From Polyangiaceae bacterium (GTDB lineage Bacteria; Myxococcota_A; Polyangia; Polyangiales; Polyangiaceae), in NCBI GenBank assembly GCA_050287085.1, contig JBNKBE010000012.1, positions 125,773 through 189,772 on the forward strand: a stretch of 64,000 bases of DNA, read 5' to 3'. Made by a program: the position numbers and the translations under genes. Below are positions 17,571-27,930 of the stretch, piece after piece (the stretch's first letter is position 1; every line of letters starts with the position of its first letter). Below the pieces are notes generated by a model that worked only from the letters and a program-made list of their open reading frames with translations, made no database searches and was not told where the DNA came from.

Positions 17571-18467
17571 TCAGCGAGTACCCGGCCCGCGGCCAAATAC
17601 GTCCAGTTGGTGGGCGATGTAGTGCAGTCTGCCAGCGGCAATCTGCTCGTGCCGAAGCCCCGCCCAGGCACGTAGTTCGTCCGCGTCAAGCGCGCCAGAC
17701 CCCGTCAACGCTACCTCGATAGTGTTGACGATGTGATGCAGGAAATACGCTTCGTCCGCTGGATAGCTTTGGCTCTGTGGGAAGACAACCCAGTCCGAGC
17801 TCGCCGCTTCGAGGAGGCGAGCCCCACTCTCGGGGAGTGCCTCAAGCAGATGTCGACCCGTTTTGCTGTCACCCGCGGGTAGTCCGTTCGTGATGCGCTC
17901 GTCCATGGTCTTGTGGAACTGAGCCATTACCCGACCGTCCAACGGCTCTTCGGGTAGCAATATGGTCTCCCCGTCAAAGTTGATGGTGAACCAATAGGGA
18001 GCATCCGGCACCACTCCCCGCCAGATTGCAGACAAGGCGGGCCGCAAGTCCATCAAGTCTAGAACGGCGTTGGCGGATACCGCGTCGTAGCGTTCCGCCT
18101 GCGACCGCATCGAGCAAAAACGCAAGGCGTCCTCATGCACAAAACGCAACTCGAAGTCGAAGTCCTGACCCCTTAGCTTCAACGGGCTCGCCAGCTCGCC
18201 GCCATCCGCAGCGCCGGCCCACTCGACCAAGTGTGCTCGCGCCGCAGACAGGCTCGCGAGATCGCGATCGACAAGCGTGTAGCGCGCACGACGCAAATAG
18301 CCCCAGTCGGCCAAGCGCGAGACCATTGTCCCGACTCCGGCGCCGATCTCCACGATATTGGGACACTCGGGCAGAGCGGCGACAAACCCCTCGAGCACGC
18401 GCCGATGAATCGCACGGTCGTCGACGGTTTTCTTCGAATGGAGGTAGCGGACGTCGGAGAACTGCAC
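17571..18467 (-). CDS. Class I SAM-dependent methyltransferase-like protein
   Basis: VEIGAGVG motif I, VDRD, DAVSANAVLDL, SDWVV. Confidence 0.8.
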   Translation of the reverse strand: MQFSDVRYLHSKKTVDDRAIHRRVLEGFVAALPECPNIVEIGAGVGTMVSRLADWGYLRRARYTLVDRDLASLSAARAHLVEWAGAADGGELASPLKLRGQDFDFELRFVHEDALRFCSMRSQAERYDAVSANAVLDLMDLRPALSAIWRGVVPDAPYWFTINFDGETILLPEEPLDGRVMAQFHKTMDERITNGLPAGDSKTGRHLLEALPESGARLLEAASSDWVVFPQSQSYPADEAYFLHHIVNTIEVALTGSGALDADELRAWAGLRHEQIAAGRLHYIAHQLDVFGRGPGTR

Positions 18468-18528
18468 GCAGCGAACCTAATCTACAGCGCCCCGCGTCGC
18501 AAAGTGTATCAGGCAGCGCTGAGCGTAG

Positions 18529-19227
18529 TCAGGAGGCGTCTGAGATGCGGTAGCGCTGCCAAAACGAGCGGACGAAAGAAAGACTGACAAGCAGCGTTCC
18601 AAAGCTACACAGCCACGGAGCGAACGCCGACGGCAGGACAAACGCCAGCAAGAACGAGCCGATCATCAGGGCGTAGATAGTGCGGCCAAAGCGGGTGCGT
18701 GGGGCACGTCCCACGGGCGTCGGCACGACCAACGGAGCCAATACGTAGAGGTAGTGCCAAGCGCCAACCCATACCAGAGCGCGAGGGATCAACCCGGCAT
18801 GATGCAAGGCCAAGGGCAGGGCCGTGACCAACACCGAATCCACCTCAACGTCGTACAATGCGCCAAAAGGCCCCTCAAGCCCGTCGCGCCGCGCAAGCCA
18901 GCCGTCGAGCCCGTCCAGAACCAATATTAGAAGCCCGAGAATACCAGTGCCGGGCAAAGGCAGGGCGCCTGCGGTGAGCAGAAGTCCCAAGACACCTCCA
19001 AGGCGCAACGTCGTGACGACGTTGGCGCTCCCGAAGTGCCCTGTAGGGCTCCACGCGCGGCGCCCGAGAAAGAGCAGCCCGGCGAGCGACACGCCGCTAT
19101 AGACCGCCAACAACGACGGATCGGGCGCCCACGACGCAAGCAGAATCACCGCTAGCATTCCAGCCGAATGCCACAGCAGCCAGCGCTCCATGACAGCGAA
19201 TCGCGCTTTCTCCGCCGCGTCGCTCAA
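18529..19227 (-). CDS. CDP-alcohol phosphatidyltransferase family protein
   Basis: ANVVTTLR and LDGLDGWLARR...FGALYDVEVD signature; multiple TM helices. Confidence 0.88.
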   Translation of the reverse strand: MSDAAEKARFAVMERWLLWHSAGMLAVILLASWAPDPSLLAVYSGVSLAGLLFLGRRAWSPTGHFGSANVVTTLRLGGVLGLLLTAGALPLPGTGILGLLILVLDGLDGWLARRDGLEGPFGALYDVEVDSVLVTALPLALHHAGLIPRALVWVGAWHYLYVLAPLVVPTPVGRAPRTRFGRTIYALMIGSFLLAFVLPSAFAPWLCSFGTLLVSLSFVRSFWQRYRISDAS

Positions 19228-20954
19228 GCGCCAGCCATCGCCTCCAACAGGGGGGGGACCATCACCATCAGCTCATGAGCCACAGAACGAGCTGCGAATA
19301 ACACAAGGGCCCCGCGCTCCCCCGCAATAGCTGCCTCCGAAGCCACACCCCCGGACATCAGGGTGCTAGCCGCCACGAAAGCACCAGCGTTCAGCTCCCC
19401 AACCCCAGCACCGTCACGCTGAAGCAACACGCTGCCCCCGGTCACGATGTACAACCCTGGCAGAGGCACCCCCGCCTTGACGAGCTCCTCGCCGGGAGAA
19501 AAGACCTTCACATCCATTCGCGCGAACACCGTCTCGCGCAGCGATTGGTCTAGTGCCGCCCCCAGCGGCCCCAATGTCGCTCCACAATAGGCCAAGTAGC
19601 GATCCGCGATAAAACGCAGTTCGTCCGCCACCCAGGGACACTCTTCCAGGCATTGGCGCATTTCCGCAGGGCGCCACAACGCAACGCGAGTTCCGCTCTC
19701 CTCCGCCAGAACACGAAGCGCGAGGTTGTCTTCGAGCGATCCCTGCGTGAAGACGACGTCACCCGCACGCGCGTGAGCCCCCGCTTCATCAGCGAAAGCA
19801 GGCAGAACATACACGGCCCCAGCGGTCACTATCGCGGCGCCAAATAGGCCAACCTCCTCGCCCTTGTCCAAAGCCTCAACCCGGGCCGAGGCGCCAAGAC
19901 GCAGCTGCACCGGCTCCGGTAGGTCTTCAAACCCAGGCACGTCCGCAAGGGAGAAGCCGTCCACGTCTTTGGTCAGCGCCAGAGCGGGAGGAAAGCTGGA
20001 CTCGATCCACTCTCGCGTCGGACGATCCACCTCCGGATCCCCATACTCCGCCGCTGAGGGGGCGATGCTGGGCGCGGCTATCAGCCCATCCGGATCGGAA
20101 TAGGGTCCCGTCCGTCCCGAATCGCTCGGCGGCTCAGAGCTCCAGTGGGGCAGCAAGTCAACCGCTGCCTCAACCGGCTCCAGGCTGTCCTGAAGGTCCT
20201 CGAGCTCCTCCAACTCTTCAAACTCTTCTAGTTCCTCTTCCTCTGCGTCATCGTCAGGCACCAGCTCCAAACGGGGCACGCGCCCCGACGGGGGGATCAC
20301 TGGGCTCGAAGACGGAAAGCGACTGTCAGGCCCGATGGATGCCAAGACCTCTGGGGATTCCTCCGGATACGCACGGAATGGCTCGTCTGCTCTGCGCGCA
20401 TACGCTTCCAAACTCCCCGCGTACCCCCCATCGGCCACAACAGTCGGCTCGAACGATTCCCCCAACGGTGGAGGCGGGGGACGCGTGTCGGCCGAAAAGG
20501 CATCCGAGGGCGGACGGGAACCGTCGAAGGGTGACAAATCGGCGGGCGGCGGAGCGTTGAAGGGACTGCTCGTCCCATCGTCGGCAAGATCTGGCTCGTC
20601 AAAATCCAACGGGGACACCTCCCGACGATGCCTCACGGCGCCGTTCTGCACCTCTTCAGCCTCGAGCTCCATCTCGACGTCGATATCGATGGCCTCGTCG
20701 TCCGTCTCGCCCCACATCGACTCGGCAAGGCGCGCCGCCATGCCGCGCAACTCCTCGGCGCGCTCCAGGGCCCCGCCGTGCGCAGCCGCTTCCGCCGCCC
20801 GACGGATCCAGACGATGGCGTCCGCCTTGCCGCCTCGCTGCCATTGCGCCAGCGCGGTCGAAATCGCCCAGCGCACGTCATCATCGTCCGACTCGCGGGT
20901 GCCAAAGGCGTCTTCCAGTGCCGCGCCTTCGTTCATCCTCAGCATCCTATGCAC
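19224..20954 (-). CDS. Protein with acidic low-complexity linker and C-terminal cyclic-nucleotide-binding-like domain(s)
   Basis: Long D/E/P-rich linker, then F-S-PGEELVKAG...LYIVTGGSV...ELNAGAFV cNMP-type pattern. Confidence 0.65.
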   Translation of the reverse strand: MHRMLRMNEGAALEDAFGTRESDDDDVRWAISTALAQWQRGGKADAIVWIRRAAEAAAHGGALERAEELRGMAARLAESMWGETDDEAIDIDVEMELEAEEVQNGAVRHRREVSPLDFDEPDLADDGTSSPFNAPPPADLSPFDGSRPPSDAFSADTRPPPPPLGESFEPTVVADGGYAGSLEAYARRADEPFRAYPEESPEVLASIGPDSRFPSSSPVIPPSGRVPRLELVPDDDAEEEELEEFEELEELEDLQDSLEPVEAAVDLLPHWSSEPPSDSGRTGPYSDPDGLIAAPSIAPSAAEYGDPEVDRPTREWIESSFPPALALTKDVDGFSLADVPGFEDLPEPVQLRLGASARVEALDKGEEVGLFGAAIVTAGAVYVLPAFADEAGAHARAGDVVFTQGSLEDNLALRVLAEESGTRVALWRPAEMRQCLEECPWVADELRFIADRYLAYCGATLGPLGAALDQSLRETVFARMDVKVFSPGEELVKAGVPLPGLYIVTGGSVLLQRDGAGVGELNAGAFVAASTLMSGGVASEAAIAGERGALVLFAARSVAHELMVMVPPLLEAMAGA

Positions 20955-21079
20955 ATCCGCAGCCTACTCCAGGCCACAGCTCGACGCCCAGATACGACGT
21001 TTCGACCGACCAGAATCTCAATGGGCACGCAGATCCAATGTGCACCGCGCTGCCGCACCCCTGCAAACGAAATGCTGTC

Positions 21080-23782
21080 TCACTGAGCATGCACGTAGAT
21101 TTCGCGGTCCTTGGCTCCGTTCGCCGGGCCAACCACCCCGTTGGCCTCCATCGCTTCCACGATTTTGGCAGCCCGATTGTAGCCGATCGTTAGCTTTCGT
21201 TGCAGCCATGAGGTGGAACAGCGCTGAGTTTGAGCTACGATGGCCACCGCTTCGTCATAGCGAGGATCCAAGGGCTGTTCCTTCGATTCGTCGCCCTCAT
21301 CTTCCTCTTCCTGGAGGATGATGTCGCGGTACTCTGGCGTACCCTGGGTACGTAGGTAGGCGGTCAGCTCGTTGACCTCTTCCTCGCTGATGAAGGGACA
21401 CTGCACGCGGTGAGTGTCGGTGGAGCCGTTCAGCTTGACCAACATGTCGCCTTTGCCGAGCAACAATTCGGCCCCCATCTCGTCCAGGATCGTGCGACTG
21501 TCCACTTTCTGCGCCACGCGGAAGGCGATACGAGTAGGGAAGTTGGCTTTGATCATCCCAGTGATGACATCGACGCTGGGGCGCTGCGTCGCCAACACGA
21601 CGTGCATGCCGGCCGCGCGAGCCTTTTGAGCGAGACGCGCAACGGATGCTTCCACCTCTTTGCCCTGCTGCATCATGAGGTCGGCAAATTCGTCGACGAC
21701 GATGACGATATGCGGCATCCGCCCCGGAAGCGCCACGCCATCGGTGCCCGTCTGGGCTGCCGCTACGGTCACCACCTGGCCATCCGCGGTGAGCGCTTCG
21801 ACTTCCGCCGGCGGGGGCGCTGGAAGCTCGCCACGCTGCACGCGATCAGTCCATTGATTGTAGGTCGTGATGTTCTTCGTCCCAGCCGTGGCAAAGGCTT
21901 GATAACGCCGCTCCATCTCGTCGACGGCCCACTTCAAGGCCTTGTTTGCCTGCTTCATGTCGGTCACGACCGGCAAGAGCATGTGGGGGATACCGTCAAA
22001 GGGAGCGAGCTCTACCACCTTCGGATCCACCATCAGCATGCGCAGCTCGTCTGGCGTGCGCTTGAACAACAAGCTCGAGAGCATGACATTGAGCCCAACG
22101 CTCTTTCCGGCCCCCGTCGCCCCCGCCACGATCACGTGTGGCATGGCCGCCAGATCGGCGAAAAACGGCGCGCCCACAATGTTGCGTCCCAAGACAACCG
22201 GCAACGCGGCATCCCCCGCTAGCGCCTCGAAGCGCTCGTCCTCCACCAGCTCACGCAAGCTCACCGGAGTGCGTGTGTCATTGGGCAACTCAAAGCCAAT
22301 ACGCGCCTTGCCCGGAATCGGCGCGATGATACGAACCTTGCGGGAAAGACCCAACGCGAGGTCGTCACATAAGCCCGCCACCTTGCTCACCTTGGTTCCC
22401 GCCAGAGGTGAGACCTCGTAGGTCGTGACCGTCGGACCGGGATGCACCTCTTCAACCTTGCCGGTAACCCCATAGTCCAAGAGCGTGGTCTCAAGCCGCT
22501 GCGCAAGCTCGAATACCCGCTTCTCGTCGATCGGTCCGGCTCCGGCTTTGGCTTCGAGCAACAACTCGGTTGAGGGCAGCTCGAAGCGCCCCGCGCGCGC
22601 GCGAACGCGGCGCCTAGTGGAACGCTCGACCTCGCTGTTGAGCGTCGTATCCACAATTTTTGGGGCGAGCGCGGCCCCCTCGTCGCCGGACGGGGGAGCG
22701 TTGCCTCCGAGCCCATCTTCGCCCCCGCGTGCGTCTGCCGAGCCCTCCAGTCTGGAGCTGGCCGGCTCCGAGCCTGGGTCCTCACACGGGTCCTCGCCTG
22801 CGCTGGACTCCCAATCGTCCAGCAGGTCCTCTTCGCCCGGCCGAGGCGCCACCGACGGGGCCAAGGGTGAGCCGGCAGCAGCCGCTTCAGCCTCCTGCCC
22901 GTCACCCGCCAAGTCCAAATCCGCAACGAAAACGGGCGCCGGGGTCGGCGTTTCCGGGTAGAGCATGCCACTGGACGGAAAGGCCGCGCGCAGAGAGTCG
23001 GCGATCACCAATGGGGGACGACCCGTGCGCTCGAGGGGAACCCAAGGTTCGCCAAAATCGAGACTCGCCAAGGCCGACTTGCTGGCCCCCGCGTGCACGA
23101 CCCGCTCCGTCGAAGGCTGAAGGCGTCGCAACTCGCTGGCCGCATGCCACACACGCGTCAGGTACCGCAGCAGGTGACGCAGATGCAGCCCCAAGAGGCG
23201 GGCCCCCTCGATGGCCTGCTCACACCACTGGATGAAAGAAAACTCAGAACGGCCGATAAGAATCAGCCCAATGAGCGTCAGACCTACCAGATACGAACCC
23301 AGGGTCGAGAAGAGGGCCGACATGAGCTCACCAAAGAGCAAGCCAACGTTCCCTCCTACGCGCAGCGCCCCAAATACCTCGGCGTGGGGACTCGCGACAT
23401 GCACCAAAGCCGAGGCCACAATGGCCATCAACACGTCGCCCGCTAGGCGCAGTCCTGACAGACGGAGCTGACGCTCGCGAAAGAGCGGCACCGCTAGCCA
23501 CAGCAGTTCAAGAGGAGCAAGCCATGCGACCACCCCAAAGCCCTGAGCCAGGACGGAAGCACAGGTCGCACCCACCGGCCCAACCCAGTTGCCGCCACTC
23601 ACATCCGGGTCGGATGGATCGAGCTGCAAGCTGGACAAGGCCAGCGAAAGATAGACAGCAAGAGCGACCAAGACCAAAGCCAGGGTCTCAGGCAGCGGCC
23701 CCGCAGGGACCGAGTGCGAACGGACCGAGCGACGCGGGGCGGCCGTTGCCGACGCGCGAGGAGTGAATAATCGAACGCCCAT
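21080..23782 (-). CDS. ftsK: DNA translocase FtsK
   Basis: N-terminal 4-TM domain, Walker A GATGAGKS, VDPKVVEL, VVDEFADLM, RLAQKARAAGMH, gamma domain LQRKLTIGYNRAA. Confidence 0.97.
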   Translation of the reverse strand: MGVRLFTPRASATAAPRRSVRSHSVPAGPLPETLALVLVALAVYLSLALSSLQLDPSDPDVSGGNWVGPVGATCASVLAQGFGVVAWLAPLELLWLAVPLFRERQLRLSGLRLAGDVLMAIVASALVHVASPHAEVFGALRVGGNVGLLFGELMSALFSTLGSYLVGLTLIGLILIGRSEFSFIQWCEQAIEGARLLGLHLRHLLRYLTRVWHAASELRRLQPSTERVVHAGASKSALASLDFGEPWVPLERTGRPPLVIADSLRAAFPSSGMLYPETPTPAPVFVADLDLAGDGQEAEAAAAGSPLAPSVAPRPGEEDLLDDWESSAGEDPCEDPGSEPASSRLEGSADARGGEDGLGGNAPPSGDEGAALAPKIVDTTLNSEVERSTRRRVRARAGRFELPSTELLLEAKAGAGPIDEKRVFELAQRLETTLLDYGVTGKVEEVHPGPTVTTYEVSPLAGTKVSKVAGLCDDLALGLSRKVRIIAPIPGKARIGFELPNDTRTPVSLRELVEDERFEALAGDAALPVVLGRNIVGAPFFADLAAMPHVIVAGATGAGKSVGLNVMLSSLLFKRTPDELRMLMVDPKVVELAPFDGIPHMLLPVVTDMKQANKALKWAVDEMERRYQAFATAGTKNITTYNQWTDRVQRGELPAPPPAEVEALTADGQVVTVAAAQTGTDGVALPGRMPHIVIVVDEFADLMMQQGKEVEASVARLAQKARAAGMHVVLATQRPSVDVITGMIKANFPTRIAFRVAQKVDSRTILDEMGAELLLGKGDMLVKLNGSTDTHRVQCPFISEEEVNELTAYLRTQGTPEYRDIILQEEEDEGDESKEQPLDPRYDEAVAIVAQTQRCSTSWLQRKLTIGYNRAAKIVEAMEANGVVGPANGAKDREIYVHAQ

Positions 23783-23983
23783 GAATCCTACTCAAGCCTA
23801 CAGTATCACACCCTCACCGACCCAGTTATCTGCGCCAGCGCGGGCGCTGCACTTCATTAAGGTCTCGTCCGGCGCGGTGGTCCGCCCACCTCCGTCCTTG
23901 AGTGTCAGCCCAGCCGACGTATATTTCGGTGCCGAGGGGTGGCGGCCGGGCTCCGTTCTCGGCATCGTAGGCATAGGCATTGA

Positions 23984-25618
23984 ATGACGACAATTACTAG
24001 GGGACTTGGTCGCGCGCTGCCGCTGCTCGTGCTGCTCGCAGCCAGCAGCTTGGCGGGATGCAGAACGACCGAGAAGGAACTGCAGCGCTGGGCTAGCACC
24101 CAGCACGGGCCTGAGAAGTTGGTCGCGGTATTGGTCCACGACAAATACGACGCCGATCTTCGCGGCCAGGCTGCCCTCGCGTTGGTGGGGATGAAGCTGA
24201 GAGGCGGACGCCGGCTCGGCATCGATCTGCTGCTGGACGCCTACCCAAGGCTCTCAGACGAGGAGCGCAGAGAGCTCAATACGCGCTTGGTGCCCGCGCT
24301 GATCGTCGAATTGAGAAAACCCCCACCCGCGCCCCAGTCCGAGGGAAATCCGGTCCAGGACGAGTCGATCGCCTTCAAAGACGCTGCGGCCGCCCTATTG
24401 ACCGAAAACGCCGCCCTCATTCCAGATCAGGGCCAGCGCGATGAACTCAGCAACGCGTTGTCGGACTGGGCCTTTGTGGCGTTCGACACGCGTGTTGATG
24501 CTTCGGGTCAGCGTATCGATATGCAGCGCATGCTCGAGTTGCTGGGGCCGCGCAGCGTCAAACGCTTTCCCGACTTGCTTCAGACCGAAGCCTTGAAGCT
24601 CGGACGCGCCGTCCAGATCATTGACAAGGTAGCGGACAAGGCGACGCGCGCCGCGGCTGGACGCCGCCTGATCGCGATCGCCAACGAGGTGAGTTCGGCA
24701 CGGTGGCTACAAAACAAGCGCAAACTGGTCGAAGACGCCAATCTCAAAGCAGGGGCCAAAGTATCGGGTCCCCGCCTGGAGCTGCAGCTCAAGCGCTTCC
24801 AGGAAGAAGAACTCAGCCGCATCTTCGGATTGATGAAGCGGGTGCACAGCCCAGAGGTTGTGGGTTACCTGGTGGCCCACGCGGCATCGAATAACCATGC
24901 AGTCAAGACACGCCAGGCCGCTCTGATTGCGTTGGATGGTCTCGTGGCTCACGCTGACAAGGGGATCGCTGCCCCCTTGCTCACCCTCGCCAAAGATCCG
25001 GCGACCGACAGCGAAATCCGCGCCCTAGCATTGCGCCGCGCAGGTGAACGGCCCCGTAGCGAATTGGCCGCGCCCTTGTTCGAGTTCTTTGACAGCAAGG
25101 ACTGGCGGATACGACAGGCGGCGGCTGAACTCCTGCTCGTGCTGGGCAAGCAGGAGGACCTCGAAGCCTTCATGGCCCACATCCCATCCGTCAAGAATCT
25201 GACTATCAGCGAACCACTGCGCTATGGACGACTGATTGGGCAGCTCAAAGGAAAAAGTCACTTCCGCGATCTCGTCGCACCCTACCTCTCAGGCCGACAC
25301 AGCGTACCCGAACGACTGAGCGCGCTGGGTGCCTACTATGCCCACGGCACGCCCGCGGACCTGGCAGCCCTAGAGCGGTGGGAGGGCGATCCAACCCCCG
25401 CCCCCGCCTGCCAACGCGACGCCGAAGGATGCAGCTGGGAGTGCAGCGGGGAAAGCGTCAAATCCGTCGGCGCCTTCGTGAAATGGTGCGTTCGCCCTGA
25501 GATCGACCGCCGCGCGCAGTTGGAAAAAGCCCAAGCGGTTGCAGCTCCCAAGACGAACGCCAAGAAACCAGCCGGCCCGGCAGCAAATGCGTCGCCCCCG
25601 GGTGAGAAGACGCAGTAA
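23984..25618 (+). CDS. Hypothetical alpha-helical (HEAT-like) lipoprotein with C-terminal Cys cluster
   Basis: Lipobox LAGC, repeated IR..A..AL helices and 4 Cys near the C-terminus. Confidence 0.7.
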   Translation: MTTITRGLGRALPLLVLLAASSLAGCRTTEKELQRWASTQHGPEKLVAVLVHDKYDADLRGQAALALVGMKLRGGRRLGIDLLLDAYPRLSDEERRELNTRLVPALIVELRKPPPAPQSEGNPVQDESIAFKDAAAALLTENAALIPDQGQRDELSNALSDWAFVAFDTRVDASGQRIDMQRMLELLGPRSVKRFPDLLQTEALKLGRAVQIIDKVADKATRAAAGRRLIAIANEVSSARWLQNKRKLVEDANLKAGAKVSGPRLELQLKRFQEEELSRIFGLMKRVHSPEVVGYLVAHAASNNHAVKTRQAALIALDGLVAHADKGIAAPLLTLAKDPATDSEIRALALRRAGERPRSELAAPLFEFFDSKDWRIRQAAAELLLVLGKQEDLEAFMAHIPSVKNLTISEPLRYGRLIGQLKGKSHFRDLVAPYLSGRHSVPERLSALGAYYAHGTPADLAALERWEGDPTPAPACQRDAEGCSWECSGESVKSVGAFVKWCVRPEIDRRAQLEKAQAVAAPKTNAKKPAGPAANASPPGEKTQ

Positions 25619-25677
25619 GCTTTGGCGCCGAGGCCTCGCGCCCTCGACGCGCACACTCCGATGGGATCCCAGCGCTG

Positions 25678-26481
25678 ATGTCAGACACGAACAAGACCGA
25701 CCGCTCCTTCAAGTGCCGCGAGGCACTTTGGCACAAGTTTGAGCAAATGGCTGCCGAGCTCGACTGTTCGGTGGACTACTTGATCAACGACGCGATGAAG
25801 CAGTACGCACGGCAACGCGGGTACGGCACGCGCGGCCTCGGTTCCGCGCCCAGCGCGTCGGCTCCCCCGTTGCCCAACATGGCAGGTCCCACCGGAGTCC
25901 TAGCACCCCCTGCCCCTCCCCTGACGGTTCCGCAGCGCTCCCCCGCCGGCCCCCCCCAGGGGCCGGGTCGTGCAGCGGTTGGTGGTCCTCCTCCTCCGCC
26001 GCCGATGGCCCCGCCGCCGATGGCTCCGCCACCGCCGCCACAGACGCGGCTGTCAGCACCTCCCCGCGGACCCGGGGCCGCGACCTTGCCCATATCACCC
26101 CTGGCCCCCGGCGCTCCCCCACCGCCGCCCCCACCGCCACCGGCGGCGCCACCGCGCGCCCGACACGATGGCAGCGCTCGCAATCATGCGCTGCCCGCGG
26201 CAGGTTCCCTCAACCTCTACTACATGGGTGAACGCTTCCCCATCACCAAAGAGCGCTTCGTCATCGGACGCGGCAAGCAGTCGAGTGACCTGACGATCAA
26301 AGATCCGAACGTCTCCCGCCAGCACGCCCTCGTAGAATTCCTAAACGGCCAATACTTCATGGTCGATATGGGCTCGACGAACGGTGTCGAATACGAGGGG
26401 CAGCGTATCCAGCGTCAGGTCATCGGCGAAGGGGACGTCTTTCACGTCTGTGACCACGAGCTCCGCTTTTCATCCCACTGA
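25678..26481 (+). CDS. Ribbon-helix-helix + Pro-rich linker + FHA domain protein
   Basis: N-terminal RSFKC..LW..FEQMA...SVDYLINDAM (RHH-like), poly-Pro linker, FHA motifs IGRG, VSRQH, DMGSTNG. Confidence 0.85.
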   Translation: MSDTNKTDRSFKCREALWHKFEQMAAELDCSVDYLINDAMKQYARQRGYGTRGLGSAPSASAPPLPNMAGPTGVLAPPAPPLTVPQRSPAGPPQGPGRAAVGGPPPPPPMAPPPMAPPPPPQTRLSAPPRGPGAATLPISPLAPGAPPPPPPPPPAAPPRARHDGSARNHALPAAGSLNLYYMGERFPITKERFVIGRGKQSSDLTIKDPNVSRQHALVEFLNGQYFMVDMGSTNGVEYEGQRIQRQVIGEGDVFHVCDHELRFSSH

Positions 26482-26505
26482 GCACACCGACCTCGCTAGG
26501 AGCGT

Positions 26506-27810
26506 GTGTTCTTCTTCCGCAGCCTCCGACTCAACGCACTCGCATTCCCCCTGGCAGCGTGGGCAGTGTGTTACCCTCGAAGCCCAGCCGCGGCACAGGA
26601 GCTTCCCTGGCGTTGGCCGGGCTCCACACCGCTTCCGCCAGCCGCTAGAAGCGCCGAGATTGCAAACGCCGAGGCTGGGCTTTTCATGGCCCCACGCGCG
26701 GACGCGCCACGACGCGGCGCTGCGCTGAGTGGAGCCCGCCTCACCATCTTCGGCGTTCACCCCGGCGGAGCAGGGTGCACCGGTCGCTGGTTCTTGGTCG
26801 GTCATGCCGCGTGGCTGTGCGAAGACGAAATGCGCCTATCAGCCTGGCCGGCGAGCGATGGCTCGGCACGGCTGTACAGCAACGGACTGCCCTATCGCTA
26901 CTTCTTCGTCGGCGCTGACGGAAGCCTCGGGTACAACACGCTCGAACTGGCGGGCGAGGGTATTGCCGACTCCCAACTCCAACCCGGATTCGCGGTCGCA
27001 GTGGTGCGCGAGCACCAGCAGCCCGGCTCGGGGGAGCCCTACCTTGAAACCAGTCACGGCCTGTTCTTGCCAGCACGAGACCTGACCCCTGCTCAGGCCT
27101 CTACGTTCCAAGGTGAAGAGCTCTCAGACGGGCTTCTAGACGTCGCCTGGACGCGGCCGAGAAACACCTGGATCTACGACGTACCCGCAGGCAGACGTCA
27201 GCGCGCAGTGGGGAAGCGGCATGCGCTAAGACTCCGAAACCCACCGCCCGCGCTGAGCGAGCGGAAGCTCGACACGTGGTTGCAATTGAAGGACGACGGC
27301 TGGGTACGCCGCAAAGACCTCATAGTGCTGCGCCCACCCCACGTCGCGCCGGCCAATGCGCCTTCGGAAGATGCACCTTGGGAGCGCTGGCTATTCGTCG
27401 ACACCACCTCACAAACCCTCACGGCATACCAAGGTGTAACCCCGGTATTTGCAACACTCGTCTCGACCGGCCGAGGCGCCGTCGGCAGCGAAACGGCCAC
27501 TCCGCGCGGGACATTCCGCCTCTGGATCAAGCTTCGGAGCTCAGACATGACAGACCTCGAAGTCGACACGGGGGACGCCAGTTATGCCATCGAGGAAGTC
27601 CCCTGGGTCATGTTCTTCCACGGCGGATACGGTCTGCACGGGGCTTTCTGGCATGACGCCTTCGGCGAGCGCCGTAGCCACGGATGCATCAACCTGAGCC
27701 CCGAGGACGCTCGTTTCCTTTTCGAGTGGACAGCGCCAGCCCTACCGCGAGGGTGGCATGCGGTGCTCCCCACAGAGCACGATCCCGGCACTCGCATCAT
27801 CATTGAATAA
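26506..27810 (+). CDS. L,D-transpeptidase (YkuD domain), exported
   Basis: VSTG...TPRG, GLHG, SHGCINL catalytic motif; signal peptide. Confidence 0.9.
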   Translation: MFFFRSLRLNALAFPLAAWAVCYPRSPAAAQELPWRWPGSTPLPPAARSAEIANAEAGLFMAPRADAPRRGAALSGARLTIFGVHPGGAGCTGRWFLVGHAAWLCEDEMRLSAWPASDGSARLYSNGLPYRYFFVGADGSLGYNTLELAGEGIADSQLQPGFAVAVVREHQQPGSGEPYLETSHGLFLPARDLTPAQASTFQGEELSDGLLDVAWTRPRNTWIYDVPAGRRQRAVGKRHALRLRNPPPALSERKLDTWLQLKDDGWVRRKDLIVLRPPHVAPANAPSEDAPWERWLFVDTTSQTLTAYQGVTPVFATLVSTGRGAVGSETATPRGTFRLWIKLRSSDMTDLEVDTGDASYAIEEVPWVMFFHGGYGLHGAFWHDAFGERRSHGCINLSPEDARFLFEWTAPALPRGWHAVLPTEHDPGTRIIIE

Positions 27811-27930
27811 CGGCCGGCGATTTCTTCGCTGCTTTGCTGGCCGAATCCCAAGGCTCGGCGCTTTGATGACGTAGCGTCCGGGCGATCGGCTATTGCCATG
27901 AGGCAAGGGCATTCCCTAGGATCGCCTTCG

